Both the position numbers and the translations under genes were made by a program. 46,231 bases of DNA from an uncultured Bacilli bacterium. Its GTDB lineage: Bacteria > Bacillota_I > Bacilli_A > RF39 > UBA660. The stretch lies in assembly GCA_944358855.1 (NCBI GenBank), contig CALVSC010000003.1, positions 1 through 46,231 on the forward strand. Reading direction: 5' to 3'. Positions 1 through 7,751 of the stretch are shown in pieces (the stretch's first letter is position 1; every line of letters begins with the position of its first letter). The notes beneath the pieces are model-generated. The model saw only the letters and a program-made list of their open reading frames with translations. It did no database searches and was not told the origin of the DNA.

Positions 1-321
1 AGGATAGAAAATTCTATCAGAGAAGAGATGATAGAAAGAGGATTAAAAGAAGGCTTAGAAAAAGGTATGAAAGAAGGGCTTGAAAAAGGGATGAAACAAG
101 GCATAGAGCAAGGCATAGAACAAGGCATAGAGCAAGGCATAGAACAAGGCATAGAGCAAGGCATAGAACAAGGCATAGAGCAAGGAATAGAGCAAGGAAC
201 AAAAGAGAGTAAGAAGAAAATAGTTTTATCCATGTTAGAACAAGGTCTTGATGTAGACACCATTGAAAAGTATACTAAAATAGAAAAAAAGTTTATTCTT
301 TCTTGTATTGAAAAGAAGTAA
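1..321 (+). CDS. 3' part of Rpn family / PD-(D/E)XK putative transposase-like protein (partial)
   Basis: Frame is open from base 1. EKG/EQGI tandem repeats are followed by a short helical tail (KKIVLSMLEQGLDVDTIEKYT), typical of Rpn C-termini. Confidence 0.7.
   Translation, partial: RIENSIREEMIERGLKEGLEKGMKEGLEKGMKQGIEQGIEQGIEQGIEQGIEQGIEQGIEQGIEQGTKESKKKIVLSMLEQGLDVDTIEKYTKIEKKFILSCIEKK
97..198 (+). repeat. 12-bp tandem repeat CAAGGCATAGA(G/A), 8 copies plus a partial copy, encoding QGIE
   Basis: Read directly; the last base alternates G/A, giving a 24-bp higher-order unit. Confidence 0.95.
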
Positions 322-345
322 AGTCAAAAGACTTTACTTTTTTTT
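316..345 (+). terminator. Rho-independent terminator
   Basis: AAGTAAAGTC-aaaa-GACTTTACTT hairpin followed by a T run. Confidence 0.85.
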
Positions 346-387
346 GTCGAAATATGTCGATGAAAAAAAATGACATCATTTGTCGAA
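345..387 (+). promoter_or_regulatory. Spo0A boxes (0A boxes) upstream of spoIIA-like operon
   Basis: TGTCGAA at 345-351 and 381-387, TGTCGAT at 355-361. The 0A box consensus is TGNCGAA and spoIIA is a known Spo0A target. Confidence 0.75.
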
Positions 388-438
388 ACACTAGTAATCA
401 AAAATAAAAAGATTTATATTGATGATGAGGTGATTATC

Positions 439-774
439 ATATTAGATATTTCGCAACAAATCGCAAGAGGAATAACTTTTATAAGAGTAGAAGGAAACTT
501 AACGAAGTCAAATTATTATCAATTAGTAGAAGAAATTAACTATTTATTATATAAGCAAGGAATGATAGCTTATGTTTTTAATTTAAAAAATGTTAAAATT
601 CTAGATAGTGATTTATTATTGAGTATTCAAAACAAATTAACAGAAATCTTTTTAAAATGTGGAACAGTAGCATTTTGTGGTTTACCAATTCAAATACAAA
701 AGCAACTAGGAAAAAGAGAAAAACTATATTATATATCAGAAGAAAAAGAAGTATTTCAATATATTAACATATGA
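439..774 (+). CDS. spoIIAA: STAS-domain anti-sigma factor antagonist, SpoIIAA-like (ORF track start 370; likely real start near 439)
   Basis: Aligns by eye to SpoIIAA (FIRVEGNL ... VFNLKNVKILDS ... VAFCG) and lies directly upstream of a SigF-type sigma factor. SD GAGGTG at 427-432. Confidence 0.65.
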   Translation: MLDISQQIARGITFIRVEGNLTKSNYYQLVEEINYLLYKQGMIAYVFNLKNVKILDSDLLLSIQNKLTEIFLKCGTVAFCGLPIQIQKQLGKREKLYYISEEKEVFQYINI

Positions 775-785
775 AAGGAGAAAAC

Positions 786-1418
786 ATGGACAACATATTG
801 GAATATGAAGATTTAATATATAAGATGATAAGTAAATACCATAATTTTGATCAAGAAGATTTATATCAAGTAGCGATGATTGGTCTAATGAATGCTAAAA
901 GGAATTATCAACCAGACGAAAATACGAAGTTTTCTACTTACGCATATTATTATATTTTAGGTGAAATAACAACCTATATTTCTAATAGTAATTCCTTAAA
1001 AATAAGTAGAGATTTATTACGACTGAAAAACAGTTTAACTAAAGCGAAAGACGTTATGACTCAGAGATTAAAAAGAGAACCAACGACAGACGAATTATCT
1101 GTGTTTTTAGATGTACCAGAAGAAAAAATAGAAGAAGCGCTGCTTGCAACCACCCAGGTAGAAAGTCTTGATTATGTATATGATGAAAAAAATCCACTAT
1201 ACAACAGTTTTGGAATAGAAGAAGAAAATATGACGGAAGACATCTTAGATTTAAAACAAGCGATATCATCACTACCACCACAAGAAAGAAAGTTAATAAT
1301 TGCTAGATACTATGAAGGCCTAACTCAACAAGAAACTAGCGAAACACTTGGTATATCACAAGTGCAAGTGTCAAGAAAAGAAACAAAAATTCTTCAAAAA
1401 TTAAAGACAAGTCTTTAA
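786..1418 (+). CDS. sigF: SigB/SigF/SigG family RNA polymerase sigma factor, probably sporulation SigF
   Basis: DLYQVAMIGLMNA..YQPDENTKFSTYA region 2 and TQQETSETLGISQVQVSRKE region 4. Synteny with spoIIAA and spoVA. SD AAAGGAG before ATG 786. Confidence 0.75.
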   Translation: MDNILEYEDLIYKMISKYHNFDQEDLYQVAMIGLMNAKRNYQPDENTKFSTYAYYYILGEITTYISNSNSLKISRDLLRLKNSLTKAKDVMTQRLKREPTTDELSVFLDVPEEKIEEALLATTQVESLDYVYDEKNPLYNSFGIEEENMTEDILDLKQAISSLPPQERKLIIARYYEGLTQQETSETLGISQVQVSRKETKILQKLKTSL

Positions 1419-1443
1419 AAACCTCCATTCGGAAGTTTTTTTT
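1417..1443 (+). terminator. Probable Rho-independent terminator
   Basis: AAAACCTCC-attc-GGAAGTTTT imperfect hairpin followed by a T run. Confidence 0.55.
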
Positions 1444-1591
1444 ATTAAAGAAACAAAAAAGTTGTGTTACAATAAAAAAAAGAGCATTCGAGATGGGTGT
1501 GTTTGAGGAGGTGTTGAAAGAATATAAGGTGGTGAGAGAATAAGTTGTATTAGAAACGATGATATTAACAAAGAAGGAGTGTAAATAAAAG

Positions 1592-2875
1592 ATGTTTTGT
1601 TGTGAATGTGGTGCAAAAAACAAAAAAGATGCTCTATTTTGCGAAGAATGTGGTGCAAAATTAGATCCGATTGAGGAAGAAGAGTCATCAAGCAAAAAAG
1701 AAACAAAAAAAGTAACAAAGAAAAAAAAGAAAAGAAAGAAATTAACAAAGTTTCAAATCATAATTATTAGTGCTGTAACGATTGCAGTTATTGCTCTAAT
1801 TGTTGCTTTTTGTGTATGTAGATCTTTATCATCTCCTGAAAAGGTAGTAGAGGATTATATAACAGCAATTAAAACAAAAGACTATAACAAATTATATAAA
1901 TATGCCAATATACAAGGAGATTCAACTTTTATTAATAAAGAAATATATATGGAAGCATTAGAAAATTATTTATCTCAAAATAGTGATATTTCTGATTATG
2001 TAGTAGAATCTACAACATATCAAAGAGGTAATTTATATGCTGTAGTAACATTAGGTACAGCATTTAATTCAGGAATAAATACAGAAAATTCAGATGGTAC
2101 TGTAAGTGTAAGACTTACTAGAGAAAAAGAAAAACAATTTCTATTCTTCCCTAAATGGACTATTACTGATAATGATTTAATTAACTTAGAGAAGATAGAA
2201 AACTTTGAAATAATAGTACCAAAGGATACAACGATTACTTATGATGGAGTAAAAGTATCTGATAAATATCTACAAAAAAATGAAGCAGGAGACTATCGAG
2301 ATACTTATGTTTTACCTCAAGTATTAGCAAGTAGAGCAAATATAGAATTTGTACTACCAGGAAATTTAAAAATAAAAAGATATATGAGTCCATCTACTTA
2401 TAGCAAAGAATATAAACTATCAGTTACAGAAGACGATTTAACAAAAGCTTATAAAGAATCACTTGAAAAAATTATTGGAGACACCATGGGCGAAACAATG
2501 AATTCAATTATAGCCAATAAAAAGTTTGAAGATATTAAAGACTTATATGCAGATGAAGAAGACTCATCATATTATGAAGAAATTGCTGACGAATATGAAG
2601 ACTATAGAGATAGTGTGGAAGAAAATGAATACACTTCATTAACAGGATTTACTGTAGATGAGGTGGACGTTTCAGATATTTACTATACAAATGACTATGA
2701 ATTAAGAGTTAGTGCAAGAATAGAGTATAGTTGGGAAGAAGTAGATAAAGATACTGGAGAAACGGATGATGGAGATTCGTATGGTTATTTTACCTATTAT
2801 CTAATTCCAGAAGAAGGGGAATATAAAGTAGTAGGAATTTCATCTCTTCCATCAACAATATCTTTATGGTGGTAA
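1592..2875 (+). CDS. Zinc-ribbon membrane protein with large extracellular domain (TcaA-like architecture)
   Basis: N-terminal CxxCG...FCxxCG, Lys-rich linker, one TM helix, then SPEKVVEDY..AI NTF2-like start and an acidic extracellular region. Confidence 0.7.
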   Translation: MFCCECGAKNKKDALFCEECGAKLDPIEEEESSSKKETKKVTKKKKKRKKLTKFQIIIISAVTIAVIALIVAFCVCRSLSSPEKVVEDYITAIKTKDYNKLYKYANIQGDSTFINKEIYMEALENYLSQNSDISDYVVESTTYQRGNLYAVVTLGTAFNSGINTENSDGTVSVRLTREKEKQFLFFPKWTITDNDLINLEKIENFEIIVPKDTTITYDGVKVSDKYLQKNEAGDYRDTYVLPQVLASRANIEFVLPGNLKIKRYMSPSTYSKEYKLSVTEDDLTKAYKESLEKIIGDTMGETMNSIIANKKFEDIKDLYADEEDSSYYEEIADEYEDYRDSVEENEYTSLTGFTVDEVDVSDIYYTNDYELRVSARIEYSWEEVDKDTGETDDGDSYGYFTYYLIPEEGEYKVVGISSLPSTISLWW

Positions 2876-2892
2876 TAAGAAAGGAGTAAAAA

Positions 2893-3780
2893 ATGGCAAA
2901 ATTTTGTAATAAATGTGGCACACCATTAGAGGATGGTAAATGCCCTAATTGTGATAAAGAAAAGAAAAAAGAAATAGAACCAGAAAAAAAAGTAGAAAAA
3001 AAGGTCCAACGAGAAGTAGAAGAACAAGAAGAGAAAGAAGAAAAAAGTGAAGTAGCAGATAATCTATTATCTGAATATGTAGATATATTAAAAGGTATGT
3101 TTACAAAACCTGTTTCTACATTAAAAAATTACATAACAGAAAAGAATTTTCCAATCGGAATTGGATCTATTGTAGTATGTGCTATCTTATTTGGTATTTT
3201 AATAGAAGTGTTATTAGGAAGAATATTTAATTCAATTGGACTAAATTTATCAATGATTAATAATATGATAAACCAAATAAATACTTTGATTGCGAAAGAA
3301 GGAATAACTATTATTAGTATTCCAACTTTAGAAGGTACTGGAATAAAATTAGGTTTAATGTTTGCAGTTGCCTCTTTCGTTATAGCAGGTGTTATCTATG
3401 TAATGCATACGGTAATCTTTAAAAAGAAATTAGATTTTAAAAAGATAATTACAATGATTGGAATTGTAGAAATACCATTCAGTTTGTTTTTATTAGTATC
3501 CATTATCCTATCATTTATTCATTATGCATTAGGAATCATCTTTGTTATTTTAGCTTTTGCATATTTACTTGTACAATTCCATCAAGGTGTTTTAGCTATT
3601 ACTAGAATTGATAAAACAAAAACAGTATATACAATTGCAGTATGTATCTTATTAGCAATTATAGCCTTTATTTTATCTTTTGTTATTATAATTGTTTGTG
3701 CATCTCTTGCTACATTAATTGGTACTTATCAAGATACTGTTACAACCATTGAAAACAATTGGGGATCAATGGGGCTATAG
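2893..3780 (+). CDS. Zinc-ribbon / Yip1-like multi-pass membrane protein
   Basis: FCNKCG..CPNC ribbon, KP motif before ~5 TM helices, SD AAAGGAG. Confidence 0.7.
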   Translation: MAKFCNKCGTPLEDGKCPNCDKEKKKEIEPEKKVEKKVQREVEEQEEKEEKSEVADNLLSEYVDILKGMFTKPVSTLKNYITEKNFPIGIGSIVVCAILFGILIEVLLGRIFNSIGLNLSMINNMINQINTLIAKEGITIISIPTLEGTGIKLGLMFAVASFVIAGVIYVMHTVIFKKKLDFKKIITMIGIVEIPFSLFLLVSIILSFIHYALGIIFVILAFAYLLVQFHQGVLAITRIDKTKTVYTIAVCILLAIIAFILSFVIIIVCASLATLIGTYQDTVTTIENNWGSMGL

Positions 3781-3793
3781 AAAGGAGTAAAAA

Positions 3794-4600
3794 ATGGCGA
3801 AATTTTGTAATAAATGTGGAAGTCCATTAGAAGATGGAAAATGTCCAAACTGTGAAGATACAAAAGTAGAAAAAGAAGAAATAGAAGAAGTAGAAGAACA
3901 AGATGAAGAAAGAGAAGAAACTCAATCAGAAATATTAGAACAATTAAAAGATATATTTAAAAATGTATGGAAAAATCCTATTCAAACAATAAAGAAATAT
4001 AAAGAAGATGCATCTCTTGCAGTTGCCTTCATCATTATGGCAATTACCATTGTAATTGGAGGAATATTTACATACTTTTATCTAGGTAGTTTAATAAAAG
4101 GTATTATTAATGATGTACAAAACTGGGCAATGCCAATTGCTATGCTAACAGGCGAAGATATGGAAACGGTAAATACAGATTTACTGGTATTACCATTCTT
4201 TAGACTATTTATGTACGGAGTTGTTATAGCAGTAATCTCTTATGGATTATTTACACTATTATCTAAACTATTTGTAGGAATTATATTTAAAGGAGAAGGT
4301 ACTTTAAAAGAATATTTTACTACAATAAGTATTGCTAGTATTTTCCCAACAGCATTTTCTTTAATTGCAATACTATTAGGATTTATGTCATATAAACTAG
4401 CAACCTTAGTTTTCATAGCAGGTTTAGTAGTATTTATTGTAATAACTGTTCAAGGATTTATTGAGGCGCTAAAAGCTAACGAAAATAGATTGGCGATATC
4501 TGTCCCTTTAGCAGTAATACTAACATTTATATTAGAATTCATTATTATAATAATCTTATTTGCAATATTAACAATAAATTCTACATCAATGTATTATTAA
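3794..4600 (+). CDS. Zinc-ribbon / Yip1-like multi-pass membrane protein (paralogue of upstream gene)
   Basis: Near-identical N-terminus and RBS to 2893, ~5 TM helices. Confidence 0.7.
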   Translation: MAKFCNKCGSPLEDGKCPNCEDTKVEKEEIEEVEEQDEEREETQSEILEQLKDIFKNVWKNPIQTIKKYKEDASLAVAFIIMAITIVIGGIFTYFYLGSLIKGIINDVQNWAMPIAMLTGEDMETVNTDLLVLPFFRLFMYGVVIAVISYGLFTLLSKLFVGIIFKGEGTLKEYFTTISIASIFPTAFSLIAILLGFMSYKLATLVFIAGLVVFIVITVQGFIEALKANENRLAISVPLAVILTFILEFIIIIILFAILTINSTSMYY

Positions 4601-4604
4601 TTCG

Positions 4605-4630
4605 AAAAGAAGCAAAAAGCTTCTTTTTTT
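4605..4630 (+). terminator. Rho-independent terminator
   Basis: AAAAGAAGC-aaaaa-GCTTCTTTT followed by a T run. Confidence 0.75.
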
Positions 4631-4660
4631 GTATGAAAAAGAAATAAAAGGGAAAAATAA
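4631..4660 (+). promoter_or_regulatory. Possible forespore sigma (SigF/SigG-type) promoter for spoVA
   Basis: GTATG-N15-GGAAAAATAA resembles the SigF consensus GYWTA-N15-GGnrAnAnTw. Confidence 0.4.
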
Positions 4661-4673
4661 TACTGGTGATAAT

Positions 4674-5117
4674 ATGACAAAAGAAAAATATGAAAAAGTT
4701 GCAAAAAAACATGAAGTAAAAATACCAAAAACAAAAAATGCCATCATTGCTTTTTTATCTGGAGGAGTTATTGGATTATTAGGAGAAGGAATAATAGAAT
4801 TATTATGTCTTTTTACTCACATTTCTAGAAATAGTGCTTCTTCTATTATGATTGTAATTATTATTTTTATTGCATCTCTTGGAACAGCTTTAGGTTTTTT
4901 TGACAAACTAGTTACTAAATTTAAATGTGGACTATTAATACCCATTACCGGTTTTGCTCACTCTATGACAAGCGCCGCAATTGATTATAAAAATGAGGGC
5001 CCTATATATGGAATTGGTGCCAATATTTTTAAGTTAGCAGGTTCTGTTATCTTATATGGGATTGTTGCTGCCTGGATATTTGGAATGATTCGTTATTTAC
5101 TAGGAGGAAATATATGA
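4674..5117 (+). CDS. spoVAC: Stage V sporulation protein AC
   Basis: AFLSGG.IGLLG and G.LIPITGFAHSMTSAAI..K.EG...GIG.NIFKLAGSVILYG motifs; first gene of the spoVA trio. Confidence 0.9.
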   Translation: MTKEKYEKVAKKHEVKIPKTKNAIIAFLSGGVIGLLGEGIIELLCLFTHISRNSASSIMIVIIIFIASLGTALGFFDKLVTKFKCGLLIPITGFAHSMTSAAIDYKNEGPIYGIGANIFKLAGSVILYGIVAAWIFGMIRYLLGGNI

Positions 5118-6106
5118 CATTTACTTATGATAATGTATATGTAAAAGAAACATCCACAATAGCAGGTCCATATGAAAAAGAAGGACCATTAAAAAAGTAT
5201 TTTGATAAAACGATAAAAGATTTATATTTTAACGAAAAGTCATTTGAAAAAGCAGAAATAAAAATGGTAAAAGAAAGTATTAATATTCTCTATAAAAAAG
5301 CGGGACTAAATAAAAAAGAAGTAGATGTCTTATTAGGAGGAGATCTTTTAAATCAAATAACCGCAACCACCTATGGAGCTAAAAATGCCTCCAAATGTTT
5401 CTTAGGATTATATGGAGCTTGTTCTACTATTGTAGAAGCAATGATAATAGGAAGTGTACTGATAGATTCAAAAAAAGCTAAAAAAGTAATTGCTACCACT
5501 TCTTCTCATAATACCGCGGCTGAAAAACAATTTAGAAATCCAACCGAATACGGAGCTCCAAAACCGGATACGGCTACATTTACCGCGACAGGAAGTGCCT
5601 CAATTCTTTTAACAGATGAGGAAAGTGATATAAAAGTAGAGTCATCAACAATAGGACAAATTATAGATTTAGGACAAAATGACGCTAATAATATGGGAAA
5701 AGTGATGGCAGGCGCTGCCATTGATACTCTAAAACGCCATTTAAAAGACTTAAATAGAAAACCTGAATATTATGATTTAATTGTAACTGGAGATTTAGGA
5801 AAATATGGAAAAGAAATTGTAAAAGACTATATGAAAAAAGAATATGATATGGATTTATCCAAGAATTATGATGATTGTGGAACTTTATTATATGATTTAA
5901 AAAAACAAAAAGAATGTCTTGCTGGAGGTAGTGGCCCTGTTTGTAGTGCCTTAGTTTCATTTGGTTATATTTATCACGAAATGCGACAAAAAAAATTAAA
6001 GAAAGTTTTAATAATCGCAACCGGAGCACTATTTTCTCCAACAATGATTTATCAAAAAGAAAATATCTATTCAATTGCTAATGCTATTAGTTTGGAGGTG
6101 GTCTAA
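5114..6106 (+). CDS. spoVAD: Stage V sporulation protein AD (DPA-binding, thiolase-like fold)
   Basis: GDLLNQ, GLYGACST, AEKQFRNPTEYG, YDLIVTGDLG, AGGSGP.C, ATGALFSP motifs. Confidence 0.95.
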   Translation: MTFTYDNVYVKETSTIAGPYEKEGPLKKYFDKTIKDLYFNEKSFEKAEIKMVKESINILYKKAGLNKKEVDVLLGGDLLNQITATTYGAKNASKCFLGLYGACSTIVEAMIIGSVLIDSKKAKKVIATTSSHNTAAEKQFRNPTEYGAPKPDTATFTATGSASILLTDEESDIKVESSTIGQIIDLGQNDANNMGKVMAGAAIDTLKRHLKDLNRKPEYYDLIVTGDLGKYGKEIVKDYMKKEYDMDLSKNYDDCGTLLYDLKKQKECLAGGSGPVCSALVSFGYIYHEMRQKKLKKVLIIATGALFSPTMIYQKENIYSIANAISLEVV

Positions 6107-6456
6107 TGTTATTATTGAACTCTTTCATATTCTGTGGCATCGTCTGTATGATTGCCCAAATAATATTAGATAATACCAAATTAACACCGGGACACATTAC
6201 TAGTAGCTTTGTTGTATTAGGTGCTTTTCTAGACTCCTTTAGTCTATATGATAAAATTATAAAAATAGTAGGAGGAGGAGCACTATTACCAATTACCAGT
6301 TTTGGTCATTCCTTAATACATGGAGCCCTGGCCAAAGCTAACGAATATGGAATAATAGGAATATTAATGGGAATGTTTGATTTAACCGCAACAGGTATTA
6401 CCGCAGCTATTATCTTTTCTTTTATATTTACCCTAGTATTTAAATCTCAAAATTAA
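6106..6456 (+). CDS. spoVAE: Stage V sporulation protein AE (SpoVAEb)
   Basis: IAQIILDNTKLTPGHI and GGGALLPITSFGHSL motifs; overlaps the spoVAD stop. Confidence 0.9.
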   Translation: MLLLNSFIFCGIVCMIAQIILDNTKLTPGHITSSFVVLGAFLDSFSLYDKIIKIVGGGALLPITSFGHSLIHGALAKANEYGIIGILMGMFDLTATGITAAIIFSFIFTLVFKSQN

Positions 6457-6523
6457 AATTTACTAAAATATAATTAAGAAACATTTCTAAAAAAGTGTTA
6501 TACTGAAATCATAGGAGGAATGT

Positions 6524-7327
6524 ATGAAAACAGTAGTAATTACAGGAAGTGCCAGAGGATTTGGCCTAGAAATGTTAAAATTATTTAGAAAAGAAAACTT
6601 TAATACAGTAATATGCGATATAAATGACAAAGCCATAGAAACTGCTAAAGACGAACTAGAAAAAATAAATAGTAAAGGAAAAATATTGGCTTACCAAACA
6701 GATATCACTAAAGAAGAAGATGTTAAATCTTTAATTGATAATGTTAAAAAAGAAGTAAAAATAATTGATATTTGGATTAATAACGCTGGTGTAAACCAAC
6801 CAAATAAACCCATCTGGGAAGTAGATAAAAATACTATTGATAGATTAATTGATATTGATTTAAAAGGAACTATTATTTGTTCTAAACTAATTATGAAAGT
6901 AATGATAGAACAAAAACATGGTCAAATATTTAATGTAGAAGGACATGGAAGTAATGACGCTAAAATATTAGGTTTATCTTTATATGGAACTAGTAAAAGA
7001 GCAGTAACCTACTTTACAGAAGCCCTTGCTTATGAAGCAGAACAATTAAATACCAATGTATTAGTTGGAAAAATCACTCCAGGTATCATGATAACAAACT
7101 TTATTCATACAGCTTTAGGAGATGGAGAACAAATTGAATTAGATGAAAAGACCAAGAAAGTTTATAATATATTAGGAGACTATCCAGAAACGATTGCCAA
7201 TTATATGGTAGAAAAAATAATTAACAACGATAAAAACAATGTAAAATTCACTTGGTTAACAAATAGAAAAGCAGCCTGGAGATTTATGACATCTGGTTTT
7301 AATAAAAGAGATTTTTTTAAAGAATAA
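6524..7327 (+). CDS. SDR family NAD(P)-dependent oxidoreductase
   Basis: TGSARGFG, NNAG and YxxxK (YGTSK) motifs; SD AGGAGG. Confidence 0.9.
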   Translation: MKTVVITGSARGFGLEMLKLFRKENFNTVICDINDKAIETAKDELEKINSKGKILAYQTDITKEEDVKSLIDNVKKEVKIIDIWINNAGVNQPNKPIWEVDKNTIDRLIDIDLKGTIICSKLIMKVMIEQKHGQIFNVEGHGSNDAKILGLSLYGTSKRAVTYFTEALAYEAEQLNTNVLVGKITPGIMITNFIHTALGDGEQIELDEKTKKVYNILGDYPETIANYMVEKIINNDKNNVKFTWLTNRKAAWRFMTSGFNKRDFFKE

Positions 7328-7335
7328 AAAAAAAG

Positions 7336-7355
7336 AAACTGACAATTGTCAGTTT
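7336..7355. terminator. Bidirectional terminator between convergent genes
   Basis: Perfect palindrome AAACTGACAATTGTCAGTTT flanked by A and T runs. Confidence 0.7.
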
Positions 7356-7657
7356 TAATTTTGTCTAGAAATTTCTATAATTAAATCCATATCATCATCT
7401 TTAGCCATAATATTTTTATGATGTTCTCCACACTTCTCACAAACATAAAGAATTTTATATGTATTTTTAAACTTTTCAATTCCTACTGGTTTTAATAATC
7501 CTAAACATGTATTCTTTCTATCACCTGGCATAATATCAACATGTTTTGAATAAAGACAAAAGGGGCAATGATCTCTTGCTGTATATCCTAAAGGTAAAAC
7601 TTCTCTCCCACAAGCTTCACAAACAAATTTTTCATCTCTCATTGTAAAGTTTTTCAT
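7355..7657 (-). CDS. RNHCP domain zinc-binding protein
   Basis: FVCEACG...RDHCPFCLYSKHVD..PGDR...CLGLL...CEKCG signature. Confidence 0.85.
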   Translation of the reverse strand: MKNFTMRDEKFVCEACGREVLPLGYTARDHCPFCLYSKHVDIMPGDRKNTCLGLLKPVGIEKFKNTYKILYVCEKCGEHHKNIMAKDDDMDLIIEISRQN

Positions 7658-7751
7658 CAACATCACCAAAAACATTATAACATAAATGTATATAAGACAA
7701 CTAGACAGAAAAAGAATATCAGTGATAAAATTAAAAAAAGGTAGGGATATT

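Noticed and set aside
97-198. Possible CRISPR array
   Set aside because: Contiguous 12-bp coding repeats with no spacers and no cas genes; no CRISPR array was seen anywhere in the window.
17-202. Minus-strand Leu/Cys-repeat ORF
   Set aside because: Antisense shadow of the QGIE repeat.
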